DNA from: an uncultured Bacillus sp.
GTDB taxonomy: Bacteria; Bacillota; Bacilli; Bacillales; Cytobacillaceae
Assembly (NCBI GenBank): GCA_964484065.1
Contig: CAZAEW010000002.1
Coordinates: forward strand, 75,419-139,418
Direction of reading: 5' to 3'
Length of the DNA stretch: 64,000 bases
The notes beneath the pieces were generated by a model. That model had not been told where the DNA came from. It did no database searches and saw nothing but the letters and a program-made list of their open reading frames with translations. The translations under genes and the position numbers were made by a program. Position 1 is the first letter of the stretch. Each line of letters starts with the position of its first letter. Shown one piece after another: positions 29,050 to 38,876 of this stretch.

Positions 29050-29970
29050 ATGGAAAATTTGGTTCCTGCTAAAGACAGATTATTAAAATCTGAAAAAAAA
29101 TGGATGAATGGTGAAGTTAGAGGGAAAGTAATTGTTCTTTTTTGTGCAGCCGTAATGATTGCGACAACGATTTCAATTACGATTTTCCTTGGTTCAAAAG
29201 GATTGCAATCCTTTATTAAGAATGGTGTAAGTCTTATTGAATTCATAACCAGCAGGCACTGGGATCCCACAAATCAAGCTGATCCGGGATATGGGGTTTT
29301 GCCGTTTATTTTTGGATCTTTTGCTGTCACTTTTTTATCGGCGCTAATCGCAGCACCTCTAGGAATAGGTGCAGCCATTTTTATGACAGAAATTGCCCCA
29401 GCATGGGGGAGAAAAATTTTACAGCCTGTTATTGAACTTTTGGTTGGAATCCCATCCGTTGTTTATGGCTTCATCGGGCTTACAGTTTTGGTTCCGTTTA
29501 TTAGGGAACATTTTGGAGGACAAGGTTTTAGTTTATTAACAGGAATGATTGTCCTATCTATCATGATTTTGCCGACTATTACAACAATATCAACTGATGC
29601 ACTTGCATCTCTCCCAAAAACTCTCCGCGAAGGATCTTACGCACTTGGAGCTACTCGCTGGCAAACCATTCGAAAAGTATTAATTCCGGCTGCCACACCA
29701 ACGCTATTGACCGCAATAGTACTCGGAATGGCAAGAGCGATTGGAGAGGCATTGGCCGTACAGATGGTAATAGGAAATGTAAGCAATCTTCCGCACAGTC
29801 TTTTAGATCCGTCAGCAACACTTACAACGATTATTACTTTAAACATGGGCAATACCACATATGGAAGTGTGGAGAATAATGTCCTTTGGTCGATGGGCTT
29901 AATCTTGCTGATTATTTCCTTTACCTTTATCTTCGTCATCCGCTACCTTGGATCAAGGAGGAAATTTTAA
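29050..29970 (+). CDS. pstC: phosphate ABC transporter permease PstC
   Basis: About 306 aa with 6 TM helices and the EAA-like loop ALGATRWQTIRKVLIPAATP. ATG 29050 is preferred over GTG 29038 on RBS spacing. Confidence 0.9.
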   Translation: MENLVPAKDRLLKSEKKWMNGEVRGKVIVLFCAAVMIATTISITIFLGSKGLQSFIKNGVSLIEFITSRHWDPTNQADPGYGVLPFIFGSFAVTFLSALIAAPLGIGAAIFMTEIAPAWGRKILQPVIELLVGIPSVVYGFIGLTVLVPFIREHFGGQGFSLLTGMIVLSIMILPTITTISTDALASLPKTLREGSYALGATRWQTIRKVLIPAATPTLLTAIVLGMARAIGEALAVQMVIGNVSNLPHSLLDPSATLTTIITLNMGNTTYGSVENNVLWSMGLILLIISFTFIFVIRYLGSRRKF

Positions 29971-30857
29971 TGAATAGTAAAACAGCAGATCGAATAGCCA
30001 CTGGAGTATTTATTGGGATTGCATTGATCATCGTGCTATTACTAGCCGGATTATTCTACTTTATTTTAGTAAATGGATTAAAACATGTATCCATCCAGTT
30101 CCTGACATCTCCATCAAGCAACCTTGTTGCAGGCGGAGGAATCCGTGATCAATTATTTAATTCTTTTTACGTATTATTTATTACAATGCTGATTACAGTG
30201 CCGCTTGGTTTAGGGGGCGGTATATATATGGCTGAATACGCTAAACCAGGAAAAATAACAAATATTATTAGGTCTTGTATTGAAGTATTAGCTTCGCTCC
30301 CTTCGATTGTCATTGGGATGTTCGGATTATTAATGTTTGTAACGCTGACAGGCTGGGGATATACGATCTTGGGAGGGGCATTGGCACTCACAGTGTTTAA
30401 CCTGCCCGTAATGGTCCGTGTCAGTGAGGATGCTATTCGCGCTGTACCGCGAGACCAAAAAGAAGCAAGTCTTGCTTTAGGTATCACCCATTGGCATACA
30501 ATTAAAACCGTATTACTCCCGAGTGCTTTCCCTTCCATTTTAACCGGAGCCATTCTTGCTTCAGGACGTGTATTTGGGGAAGCAGCAGCATTGCTATTTA
30601 CAGCAGGATTGTCAACCCCAAGGCTTGATTATGCAGATTGGAATCCATTTTCAGCAACGTCACCATTAAATATTTTTCGCCCTGCCGAAACACTCGCTGT
30701 CCATATATGGTCCGTCAACACTCAGGGATTAGTTCCTGATGTCAAAGAAATTGCTAATGGTTCTGCTGCTGTTTTAGTATTATGTGTTTTAATATTTAAC
30801 TTGTCAGCACGGGCAATCGGAAGCCTTATCTATAAGAAAATGACGGCTACAAAATAG
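29970..30857 (+). CDS. pstA: phosphate ABC transporter permease PstA
   Basis: The start MNSKTADRIATG follows RBS AGGAGGAAA and forms a TAATG overlap with the pstC stop. Loop motif LALGITHWHTIKTVLLPSAFP. The track start at 29886 is an in-frame extension inside pstC. Confidence 0.9.
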   Translation: MNSKTADRIATGVFIGIALIIVLLLAGLFYFILVNGLKHVSIQFLTSPSSNLVAGGGIRDQLFNSFYVLFITMLITVPLGLGGGIYMAEYAKPGKITNIIRSCIEVLASLPSIVIGMFGLLMFVTLTGWGYTILGGALALTVFNLPVMVRVSEDAIRAVPRDQKEASLALGITHWHTIKTVLLPSAFPSILTGAILASGRVFGEAAALLFTAGLSTPRLDYADWNPFSATSPLNIFRPAETLAVHIWSVNTQGLVPDVKEIANGSAAVLVLCVLIFNLSARAIGSLIYKKMTATK

Positions 30858-30872
30858 GGAGGGGTAAATAGA

Positions 30873-31676
30873 ATGTCTGTACCCATGTTAGAACGATTAG
30901 TTATACCGGAATCATTGCCAAAAGAAAGTATATTAAATGTAAAAAATCTAGAAATTTTTTATGGAAATAAACGGGCTGTCAACGGAATTTCAATGGAGAT
31001 CGAAAAAAACTCCATTACTGCTCTTATTGGCCCGTCCGGATGTGGGAAATCAACTTTTTTGAGAAGTATTAATCGAATGAATGATCTTATACCTGGTGCA
31101 AGGGCAGAAGGGGAGATCCTTTATGAGAATTTAAATATATTGTCAAAAAAAATAAATGTTGTTGCTTTGCGTAAAGAGATTGGAATGGTTTTTCAAAAGC
31201 CTAATCCTTTTCCAAAATCAATTTATGAAAATATTACTCATGCATTAAAGTTTCATGGGATTAAGAAGAAGAGAGAACTTGATGAAATGGTTGAAGAAAG
31301 TTTAATAAAAGCAGCATTGTGGGATGAAGTAAAGGATCGGCTTCACAAATCTGCCTTATCTCTTTCCGGAGGTCAGCAGCAGCGCTTATGCATAGCCAGA
31401 ACCATTGCTACAAAGCCTGCAGTATTGCTCCTTGATGAGCCTTCCTCTGCGCTTGATCCAATTTCAAATGCAAAGGTTGAGGAATTAATTGTGGAGTTAA
31501 AAAAGGACTATTCGATTATCATTGTTACTCATAATATGCAGCAGGCATCCCGTATTTCGGATAAAACGGCATTCTTCTTAAGCGGAGACCTGATTGAATA
31601 CGATGAAACGGAAAAAATTTTTACGAATCCTGCGATTGGAAAAACAGAAGAGTATATTTCAGGAAGGTTCGGATAA
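30873..31676 (+). CDS. pstB: phosphate ABC transporter ATP-binding protein (first of two)
   Basis: 267 aa with Walker [10 protein letters not shown], signature [13 protein letters not shown] and Walker B LLLDEP. Confidence 0.92.
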   Translation: MSVPMLERLVIPESLPKESILNVKNLEIFYGNKRAVNGISMEIEKNSITALIGPSGCGKSTFLRSINRMNDLIPGARAEGEILYENLNILSKKINVVALRKEIGMVFQKPNPFPKSIYENITHALKFHGIKKKRELDEMVEESLIKAALWDEVKDRLHKSALSLSGGQQQRLCIARTIATKPAVLLLDEPSSALDPISNAKVEELIVELKKDYSIIIVTHNMQQASRISDKTAFFLSGDLIEYDETEKIFTNPAIGKTEEYISGRFG

Positions 31677-31687
31677 GGGGGGAGAGT

Positions 31688-32461
31688 ATGTCAATTCAAA
31701 CAGTAACAGATACAGCATTTGAAATAAATGACCTTAATTTATGGTATGGAGATCATCATGCCCTGAAAAACATTGATTTTCCAATCAACAAAAAGGAAGT
31801 TACGGCTATTATTGGACCTTCAGGCTGCGGAAAATCAACCTTCATTAAGACACTTAATTTAATGATTCATACCACTCCTAATGTAAAGATGTCAGGGGAG
31901 ATAAACTATAATGGACAAAATCTTTTAAGCGAAAAAATCGATCTTGTTCAGCTTCGAAAAAATGTCGGTATGGTTTTTCAAAAAGGGAATCCTTTTCCAC
32001 AATCCATCTTTGATAATATCGCTTATGGTCCTCGTATCCATGGTAAAAAGAGAAAAAGTGATCTTGAAGAAATTGTGGTGAAATCATTAATGGATGTTGC
32101 TTTGTGGGATGAAGTAAAGGATCGATTGCATACACCTGCCCTGGGACTTTCAGGCGGACAGCAGCAAAGATTATGCATAGCTAGAGCACTTGCTACGAAA
32201 CCAGATGTATTACTTATGGATGAGCCAACATCTGCTCTTGATCCTATTTCAACTTTGAAAATTGAGGAATTGGTAATGAGTTTAAAGGAAAAATACACCA
32301 TTGTCATTGTTACCCACAACATGCAGCAAGCCGCTCGGGTTTCTGACAAAACCGCTTTCTTTTTAATGGGGGATTTGGTTGAGTTTGATGAGACTTCAAG
32401 GCTTTTCTCTCAACCATCTGATAAACGAACAGAAGGATATATTACCGGCAGATTCGGCTAA
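31688..32461 (+). CDS. pstB: phosphate ABC transporter ATP-binding protein (second of two)
   Basis: 257 aa and paralogous to the preceding gene ([28 protein letters not shown]). Equivalent to the B. subtilis pstBA/pstBB pair. Confidence 0.92.
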   Translation: MSIQTVTDTAFEINDLNLWYGDHHALKNIDFPINKKEVTAIIGPSGCGKSTFIKTLNLMIHTTPNVKMSGEINYNGQNLLSEKIDLVQLRKNVGMVFQKGNPFPQSIFDNIAYGPRIHGKKRKSDLEEIVVKSLMDVALWDEVKDRLHTPALGLSGGQQQRLCIARALATKPDVLLMDEPTSALDPISTLKIEELVMSLKEKYTIVIVTHNMQQAARVSDKTAFFLMGDLVEFDETSRLFSQPSDKRTEGYITGRFG

Positions 32462-32474
32462 GGGGTGTTCATAG

Positions 32475-33134
32475 ATGATCACAAGATCTAATTTTGATAG
32501 TAATTTAAGTCAATTAAAAAGGCTGCTCATGGAAATGTCCAAAAAATCAGAAAATGCAGTCAAGGAGTCTATCCAGGCACTTATCAATCAGGATCTGGAT
32601 AAAGCAAAGCAAATTATTGCAAATGATGATGAGATTGATCGAATGGATCATGAAATTAATGATAAGGCTCTATTAATGATTGCTAAGGAGTCTCCTGTAG
32701 CAACTGACCTTAGAAAAATTATCGTGGCAATAAAAATTTCTGGAGAAGTAGAAAGAATTGCAGACAATGCAGTCAATATAGCAAAATCTGTAATCCATAT
32801 AGGAAACGAAAAGAAAGTAAAGGAAATTATTGATATTCCGAAGATGATGGAGCTGGCTCTTGAAATGTTATCGGGTTCCTTAAACGCTTTTTATTTAGAT
32901 GATGTGGTTTTAGCAAAGAAAAGCGCAGAAAAAGATGATAAAGTTGATGCTATGTATGGAAATTTGATTCAGGAATTAATGAGTTTCGTACCCGATAATC
33001 CAACTGTAACCAATCAAATTACCCAATTAGCATATATTTGCCGATATATTGAACGGATAGCCGATCATTCAACGAATATTGCTGAAAATGTAATTTTTCT
33101 TGTAACGGGAAGACGCATTGATTTGAATATTTAG
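32475..33134 (+). CDS. phoU: phosphate signalling accessory protein PhoU
   Basis: 219 aa with two PhoU repeats containing ERIADNAVNIA and ERIADHSTNIAE. It is the last gene of the pst operon. Confidence 0.9.
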   Translation: MITRSNFDSNLSQLKRLLMEMSKKSENAVKESIQALINQDLDKAKQIIANDDEIDRMDHEINDKALLMIAKESPVATDLRKIIVAIKISGEVERIADNAVNIAKSVIHIGNEKKVKEIIDIPKMMELALEMLSGSLNAFYLDDVVLAKKSAEKDDKVDAMYGNLIQELMSFVPDNPTVTNQITQLAYICRYIERIADHSTNIAENVIFLVTGRRIDLNI

Positions 33135-33176
33135 TCAATCGGATGTACTATTTTCGCTTTAAAGGAGAAAAAACAA

Positions 33177-33212
33177 AAAGATGATGCAGAAATGAGACTG
33201 CATCATCTTTTT
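33177..33212. terminator. bidirectional terminator (pst operon / convergent gene)
   Basis: 14-bp stem AAAAGATGATGCAG / CTGCATCATCTTTT with an 8-nt loop, flanked by A and T tracts. Confidence 0.8.
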
Positions 33213-33688
33213 TATGTCTTCGTGATCATTTTGGCGATTTGTTCATAACTCATTTTGTTTGTTAGATCGAATGTTCCTAATTGTATTTTCGTTTGATAAT
33301 TATGGGATATAAGATAGTCATTAAAAGCTTTATTATCATCTATGATTTTTGCTGCAGCAAGAAGGGTACTGATTTGGCTGGAACTCATTCCTTTTTCAAT
33401 CGTAAGCCGGTAGTTGATTACTCCTGTTGGGTTGTTATTTTCTGCGCTGTCATGAGATCCGGGTGCCTCTTTGACTGCTTCGCTTTTAGGTTCTGAAGCC
33501 TTTGCTGATATCTTTTTATATTCGTTTTTTGTCAGTAACACATACCCAGCTTTATGTAAGATTTCTTTAGCTTCATTTATATTCAATTTTTGCTGATTAT
33601 CTTTCGCAAACGAGTAACTGTAGACAGCGGATGTACAAACAGCAAACAAAATTCCAAATGAAAAGGTTCTTAAAGTATGTTTATTCAT
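33212..33688 (-). CDS. membrane-anchored or secreted protein with an MltG/YceG N-terminal-like (LysM-like) domain
   Basis: 158 aa. After an N-terminal hydrophobic segment, the C-terminal segment YRLTIEKGMSSSQISTLLAAAKIIDD...IQLGTFDLTNKMSYEQIAKMI resembles the N-terminal domain of MltG. RBS GAGGAA and an 8-nt overlap with the upstream gene. Confidence 0.45.
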   Translation of the reverse strand: MNKHTLRTFSFGILFAVCTSAVYSYSFAKDNQQKLNINEAKEILHKAGYVLLTKNEYKKISAKASEPKSEAVKEAPGSHDSAENNNPTGVINYRLTIEKGMSSSQISTLLAAAKIIDDNKAFNDYLISHNYQTKIQLGTFDLTNKMSYEQIAKMITKT

Positions 33689-34055
33689 TGGACATTCCTC
33701 TATCTTTGTATTCCTTTAGAATCGAAAAAACCTCTTCGGTCTTAAGCGAGGATTGAAGAGCAATTTGTTCGATTGGCTTGCCTTGCTGTGCCAGTGCCCA
33801 CACTTGATTTTTAATAATATCGTGAATTTCGCGATCCTGATTCATCCCGCTTGGCTCAGAAAAAGGATCCTCATTGATCAGAAGTTCCTCTTCAAGTATT
33901 TTCAACTTTTTTTTCACTTGGTAGAATTCTTGAGCATGCTGTAATGTCAGATGATCGATTTCTTCTTTTAATTCCTTATAAGGATCTTTTTGAAAGAAAG
34001 AAATGAGAAAGATGAAAAGAGATATACCAAGAAGTATGTACGTTATGATCTCCAT
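33681..34055 (-). CDS. hypothetical single-pass membrane protein with a coiled coil and a small C-terminal helical domain
   Basis: ATG 34055 follows a GGGGG RBS. TM segment MEIITYILLGISLFIFLISFF, then a charged coiled-coil segment. Translationally coupled to the downstream gene (ATGAATAA overlap). Confidence 0.4.
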   Translation of the reverse strand: MEIITYILLGISLFIFLISFFQKDPYKELKEEIDHLTLQHAQEFYQVKKKLKILEEELLINEDPFSEPSGMNQDREIHDIIKNQVWALAQQGKPIEQIALQSSLKTEEVFSILKEYKDRGMSNE

Positions 34056-34368
34056 TTGAACCCCCAAAAACCATTTTTATAAACATTTTATCATTATAGG
34101 GCTATTTTTGACATGAACGTAGAAAGATTATGATATTTGTCGAAAAGAAGCGGTGAAACAAGAAGGGCTTTTTGTCGAATGTTGAAAAAATAGTACTCCA
34201 GTCGTCAGCAGAGAAAAAAATTATCTTTCCAAAACATATATGCCATAAGGACAAGCAGAATCCGACAAATTGCGTTTATTGTATGCAACATAACAAGGTG
34301 ATACCATTGAATTATGAAAAAAGTGGGAAAATCGGCGTATTTTGAGAATTGCGGATTGGAGGATAGAC

Positions 34369-34896
34369 ATGATTATAGATGGAATGAAGATAGCTGAAAA
34401 AGAATCCTGCTTCCGTCAACTGATGATAAAAGGTGAAATGCAGGCGAAATTGGTCTCGCCAAGAAAGATGATTTTACTCTGGGAGACTTATGACCTTCCA
34501 AAACCGTTTCTTGATCTTTTTTTAAATATTTCATCAGAAGAACTTGTTCAGGCAATTAGGATCTATGATGTAACGAATGTTAAATTTAATGGGGAAAATG
34601 CCCACCATTTCTTTGAAATAACGGTTCCATATCAGCAAGAGTACTGGTTTGTGAAAGGGCTTTTATCCAATCGAAGATATCTGGCAGAAATCGGTGTGAT
34701 CACAGCTGGAAGTTTTATTCCTTTGCTGCGATCGAATCCGGTTCAAACACCGAAACTCGATTCAGCTGTTCAGCATCCGATTTATCAAGATGTCTTCCAA
34801 TTGCAGCAATATGAGGAGCGAATACCTGCACAAACGGAACACATAAGCACTTATTGTTATTTTGTTGAGAGAGACCACGATCGTTCGGTAAAGTAA
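34369..34896 (+). CDS. DUF4912-like protein
   Basis: About 175 aa from the ATG 6 nt after GGAGG. The pattern IRIYDVTNVKFNGENAHHFFEITV...WFVKGLLSNRRYLAEIGVITAGSFIPLLRSNPVQTP resembles DUF4912 as I remember it. Confidence 0.45.
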   Translation: MIIDGMKIAEKESCFRQLMIKGEMQAKLVSPRKMILLWETYDLPKPFLDLFLNISSEELVQAIRIYDVTNVKFNGENAHHFFEITVPYQQEYWFVKGLLSNRRYLAEIGVITAGSFIPLLRSNPVQTPKLDSAVQHPIYQDVFQLQQYEERIPAQTEHISTYCYFVERDHDRSVK

Positions 34897-34936
34897 AAAA
34901 ATACGAATAAAGAAAAAATAGATAAAAGGTGTTAGT

Positions 34937-35545
34937 ATGATAAATTTTAATGAATCCTTAATAGATAATCGGTTTACCTTCCGCCATTCATCCACCCCAC
35001 AGCTGCATTATACTGCAGGGATATGGATAAATGGAAAATATGAATGGCTCCAAAACTGCCGGGAAAAAATTCTCTATGAAGATCAGCTCATCATGAAAGT
35101 GAAACAGGAGCAGATTCACTCAAAGATACATCTAAACCATGTGTATGTCAGCAACCATAGCGATAAACCAAAAAAGGTTAAAATATTGGCGATGCATCAT
35201 CACTCGAAAATTTCACAGGAACATTTCACGTTTGCTTCACCGAAAGATCAAGTGATCTTTCATTTTGGCAAGAAAGAAATATATTTAGTGAATGGTCAAG
35301 TCTGCGGAGCAGGCATAAAGGAATACACAATACAGCCATATTGGAACGTTCTAACGGATAAAATCTGGGACTGTCTGGACAAAGGACACTTAAAGTATCA
35401 GCCAATGGCAAAAGGTCCCGCAGCGAGCATTTTTACATTAGATGCAAAAGTAGAGCCGCATCAAACCATTAAACTTAAAACATGGATGATAAAAGGAAAT
35501 AATAAGCAGGATTTAATGAGGTTTAATCAAGCGCTTTTAAGTTGA
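34937..35545 (+). CDS. hypothetical protein (possible beta-sandwich, no confident family)
   Basis: 202 aa with RBS AAAGGTG 5 nt upstream. It lies 40 nt downstream of the DUF4912-like gene, and its stop codon abuts repeat copy 3. Confidence 0.45.
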   Translation: MINFNESLIDNRFTFRHSSTPQLHYTAGIWINGKYEWLQNCREKILYEDQLIMKVKQEQIHSKIHLNHVYVSNHSDKPKKVKILAMHHHSKISQEHFTFASPKDQVIFHFGKKEIYLVNGQVCGAGIKEYTIQPYWNVLTDKIWDCLDKGHLKYQPMAKGPAASIFTLDAKVEPHQTIKLKTWMIKGNNKQDLMRFNQALLS

Positions 35546-35661
35546 TAAGCGCACTAAGGAATGCTTCATAAGAATAAGCATCGCAGCCGAAAAACTGTGC
35601 TTTTCGGCCAACTGCGCTTCTGTCTTCGTCTTTAGGCTCGGCAATCAGCGAGTTTTCTTTA
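35545..35661 (+). repeat. intergenic structured repeat, copy 3
   Basis: Head ATAAGCGCACTAAGGAATGC, central hairpin GCCGAAAAAC-TGT-GCTTTTCGGC, and a degenerate tail hairpin followed by TTTTCTTT. Confidence 0.8.
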
Positions 35662-35746
35662 AAACACACTAGCATTTCCATTTGAAAAATGATATTATAG
35701 AAAAGTCGTATGAACGTACAGCTTTATATTGTTTGGAGGGATAGAC

Positions 35747-35896
35747 ATGCGTGTAAATATTACGTTAGCTTGCACAGAGTGTGGAGATCGTAACTATATT
35801 TCAACAAAAAATAAACGAAATAATCCAGATCGCCTTGAGCTTAAAAAATATTGCCCAAGAGATAAAAAATCTACAACACATCGCGAAACAAAATAA
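35747..35896 (+). CDS. rpmG: 50S ribosomal protein L33
   Basis: Not in the ORF track because it is only 49 aa. Sequence [49 protein letters not shown] with RBS GGAGGG 7 nt upstream and a terminator just downstream. Confidence 0.92.
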   Translation: MRVNITLACTECGDRNYISTKNKRNNPDRLELKKYCPRDKKSTTHRETK

Positions 35897-35897
35897 A

Positions 35898-35926
35898 GCA
35901 GCAGGGGGCTCCCTGTTGCTTTTTTT
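35898..35926 (+). terminator. intrinsic terminator of rpmG
   Basis: Stem AGCAGCAGGG / CCCTGTTGCT (one G-U pair), followed by T6. Confidence 0.75.
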
Positions 35927-35960
35927 GTTAGATTAAATAAAGTAGAGAGGATGCGGCAGA

Positions 35961-36521
35961 ATGAGGAAAAAAGAACTTCGTGCAGAGATGAAAGAAACAC
36001 TTTCAAAGCTTCCTAAATCACTGTATGATGACTATTCTCATCGTATCGCAAATCTGTTGTTTAACGATGAGGATTGGCTGCAGGCCAATGTAATTGGAAT
36101 TACCATTTCGCAAAAACCTGAAGTGGATACATATCAAATTATCCGAAAGGCGTGGGAACTGGGAAAACAAGTTGCAATTCCAAAATGCGACCCAAAAGAA
36201 AAGAAAATGTCTTTTCGGTTAATTACTCAATTTTCGCAATTAGAAACGGTTTATTTTGGATTATTAGAGCCGGTTGCTCATTTGACTGCCGAAATAGAGC
36301 CTGAATCGATTGAATTATTAATTGTCCCCGGACTTGCTTTTACAGCAAATGGTTACCGAATTGGTTTTGGCGGAGGCTATTATGACCGCTTTATGAAAAA
36401 TTATTTTGGGAAGACCCTTTCTCTTGCTTTTTCTCCGCAAATGATCCCCGACTTTGAGACAGAAGAACATGATATACCTGTCTCAAAAATTATAACCAAT
36501 GAGAAGGTTATCATCGTATGA
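35961..36521 (+). CDS. yqgN: 5-formyltetrahydrofolate cyclo-ligase
   Basis: 186 aa with the family signature GFGGGYYDRF and PGLAF. Position is syntenic with B. subtilis yqgN, next to rpmGA. Confidence 0.85.
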   Translation: MRKKELRAEMKETLSKLPKSLYDDYSHRIANLLFNDEDWLQANVIGITISQKPEVDTYQIIRKAWELGKQVAIPKCDPKEKKMSFRLITQFSQLETVYFGLLEPVAHLTAEIEPESIELLIVPGLAFTANGYRIGFGGGYYDRFMKNYFGKTLSLAFSPQMIPDFETEEHDIPVSKIITNEKVIIV

Positions 36522-37309
36522 ATACTGGAACAATACTGGTCATTCTTGTCATTGCAGCCGGCTGTATTGCCGGATACCGCCAAAGGTCTCTTGCCTTCTC
36601 TGGCGCATTTGCCGCATTCATCGTAGGATTGTCTGTTTATATCGGTTATGGCGTAAACGGTTTAATTCTTTTAGGAATCTTTTTTGCAACGTCGAGCTAT
36701 TGGTCAAAATATAAAAGCGCAAAAAAAGCGACAATTGAAGAAAAACTGGCAAAAGGTTCAACAAGAGATTGGAGACAGGTGTTTGCAAATGGAGGTCTGG
36801 CTGCTGTTTTAGGGCTGCTTCATTTCCTTTTTGATTTTCCATTTTTGGTGCCGGCTTTCGCTGCTGCCCTTGCAAGCGCAAATTCTGATACATGGGCCTC
36901 CGAAATTGGAACATTAAGCAGAAAAGATCCAATAGATATTCGTACGTTTTCCAGGGTTGAAAAAGGTACCTCTGGAGCAGTCAGTTTACTGGGAAGTTTA
37001 GCTGGACTGGCGGGGTCGCTTTTAATCGCTTTTTGCAGCACAATCCTTTTCTCATTCCATCCAATGTTACTCCTTTTCGTTTTTTTATTCGGCTTTATTG
37101 GCAATCTTGTTGATACTCTGTTAGGAGGCTTTTTTCAGCAAAAATATCATTGTAAAAAATGCGGATTGGAGACGGAAAAATCAAGCCACTGTGGGCGGCC
37201 GACAGTGCGCGTAAAAGGAATTGCTTTTATGGATAATGACATGGTAAATTTCCTTTCAGGCATGGCGGCTGCATTACTAATGGCGATTGTCGAACTGGTA
37301 ATGAAATAA
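36518..37309 (+). CDS. DUF92 (TMEM19-like) integral membrane protein
   Basis: 263 aa and polytopic, with the conserved SDTWASEIG motif and a CKKCG...HCGRP Cys/His segment. ATGA overlap with yqgN. Confidence 0.6.
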   Translation: MNTGTILVILVIAAGCIAGYRQRSLAFSGAFAAFIVGLSVYIGYGVNGLILLGIFFATSSYWSKYKSAKKATIEEKLAKGSTRDWRQVFANGGLAAVLGLLHFLFDFPFLVPAFAAALASANSDTWASEIGTLSRKDPIDIRTFSRVEKGTSGAVSLLGSLAGLAGSLLIAFCSTILFSFHPMLLLFVFLFGFIGNLVDTLLGGFFQQKYHCKKCGLETEKSSHCGRPTVRVKGIAFMDNDMVNFLSGMAAALLMAIVELVMK

Positions 37310-37317
37310 TTTTTAAC

Positions 37318-37351
37318 GGCGGAAGAGTACTGTTTTCTTCCGCCTTTTTTA
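37318..37351 (+). terminator. intrinsic terminator
   Basis: Stem GGCGGAAGA / TCTTCCGCC, followed by T6. Confidence 0.8.
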
Positions 37352-37460
37352 TTGGGGAATAAAAGCAGGGTCCATAAAGGTGATTTTCGTTTGCATAAAA
37401 ATGGGAAAATAAACAAACTTAATAAAGATAAGAAGTTTTAATTATCATTCTGCTCATTAG

Positions 37461-38423
<963 letters not shown>

Positions 38424-38536
38424 AAGCAGACAATAATGGAGAAAAAATCAATTTATTTCCAAGAAACTTATAAAATTTAAAAAAAGCTGGATAATAATAA
38501 TGTTAGCTCTCAAACTAACTTTTAGGAGGTATGAGA

Positions 38537-38731
38537 ATGTCTCGAATGTTAACATCCATTTTCACAATTGGAACTGTTGTATATTGTGTTTATCGGTTTA
38601 GGTACAGACTATTAAATCTCCTTGTCGGTACGGGCTGGATGAGGCGGATTGCTGTAGGATCTGTAATGGGGCTGCCGGGAGTCAGGAAAAAAATGATGCA
38701 GGCTGTTTTCGGAGGACCATCCCAGTGGTGA
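38537..38731 (+). CDS. small hypothetical membrane protein
   Basis: 64 aa from the ATG 7 nt after AGGAGG, with one TM helix (LTSIFTIGTVVYCVY). A strong terminator overlaps its stop. No terminator separates it from ldh. Confidence 0.4.
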   Translation: MSRMLTSIFTIGTVVYCVYRFRYRLLNLLVGTGWMRRIAVGSVMGLPGVRKKMMQAVFGGPSQW

Positions 38732-38756
38732 ATACCACGATGGTCTTCTTTTTTTA
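38715..38756 (+). terminator. intrinsic terminator after the small ORF (probably ending the ldh transcript)
   Basis: Interrupted stem GACCATC..GTGGT-GAAT-ACCAC-GATGGTC, followed by TTCTTTTTTT. Confidence 0.7.
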
Positions 38757-38876
38757 CGGTCTGTTTACCATTTGATTATCGAAGAAAGAGAATTTAGTTT
38801 ATAATGAGGAAATAAGGAATACTTGAAAATATTTGATTATCATTTTCGCTCGATTAGATAGAAAGTAGGGGAAACC

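Noticed and set aside
35794-36006. A 70-aa minus-strand ORF overlaps rpmG and the start of yqgN.
   Set aside because: It is antisense to an unmistakable L33 gene and its terminator, and has no RBS.
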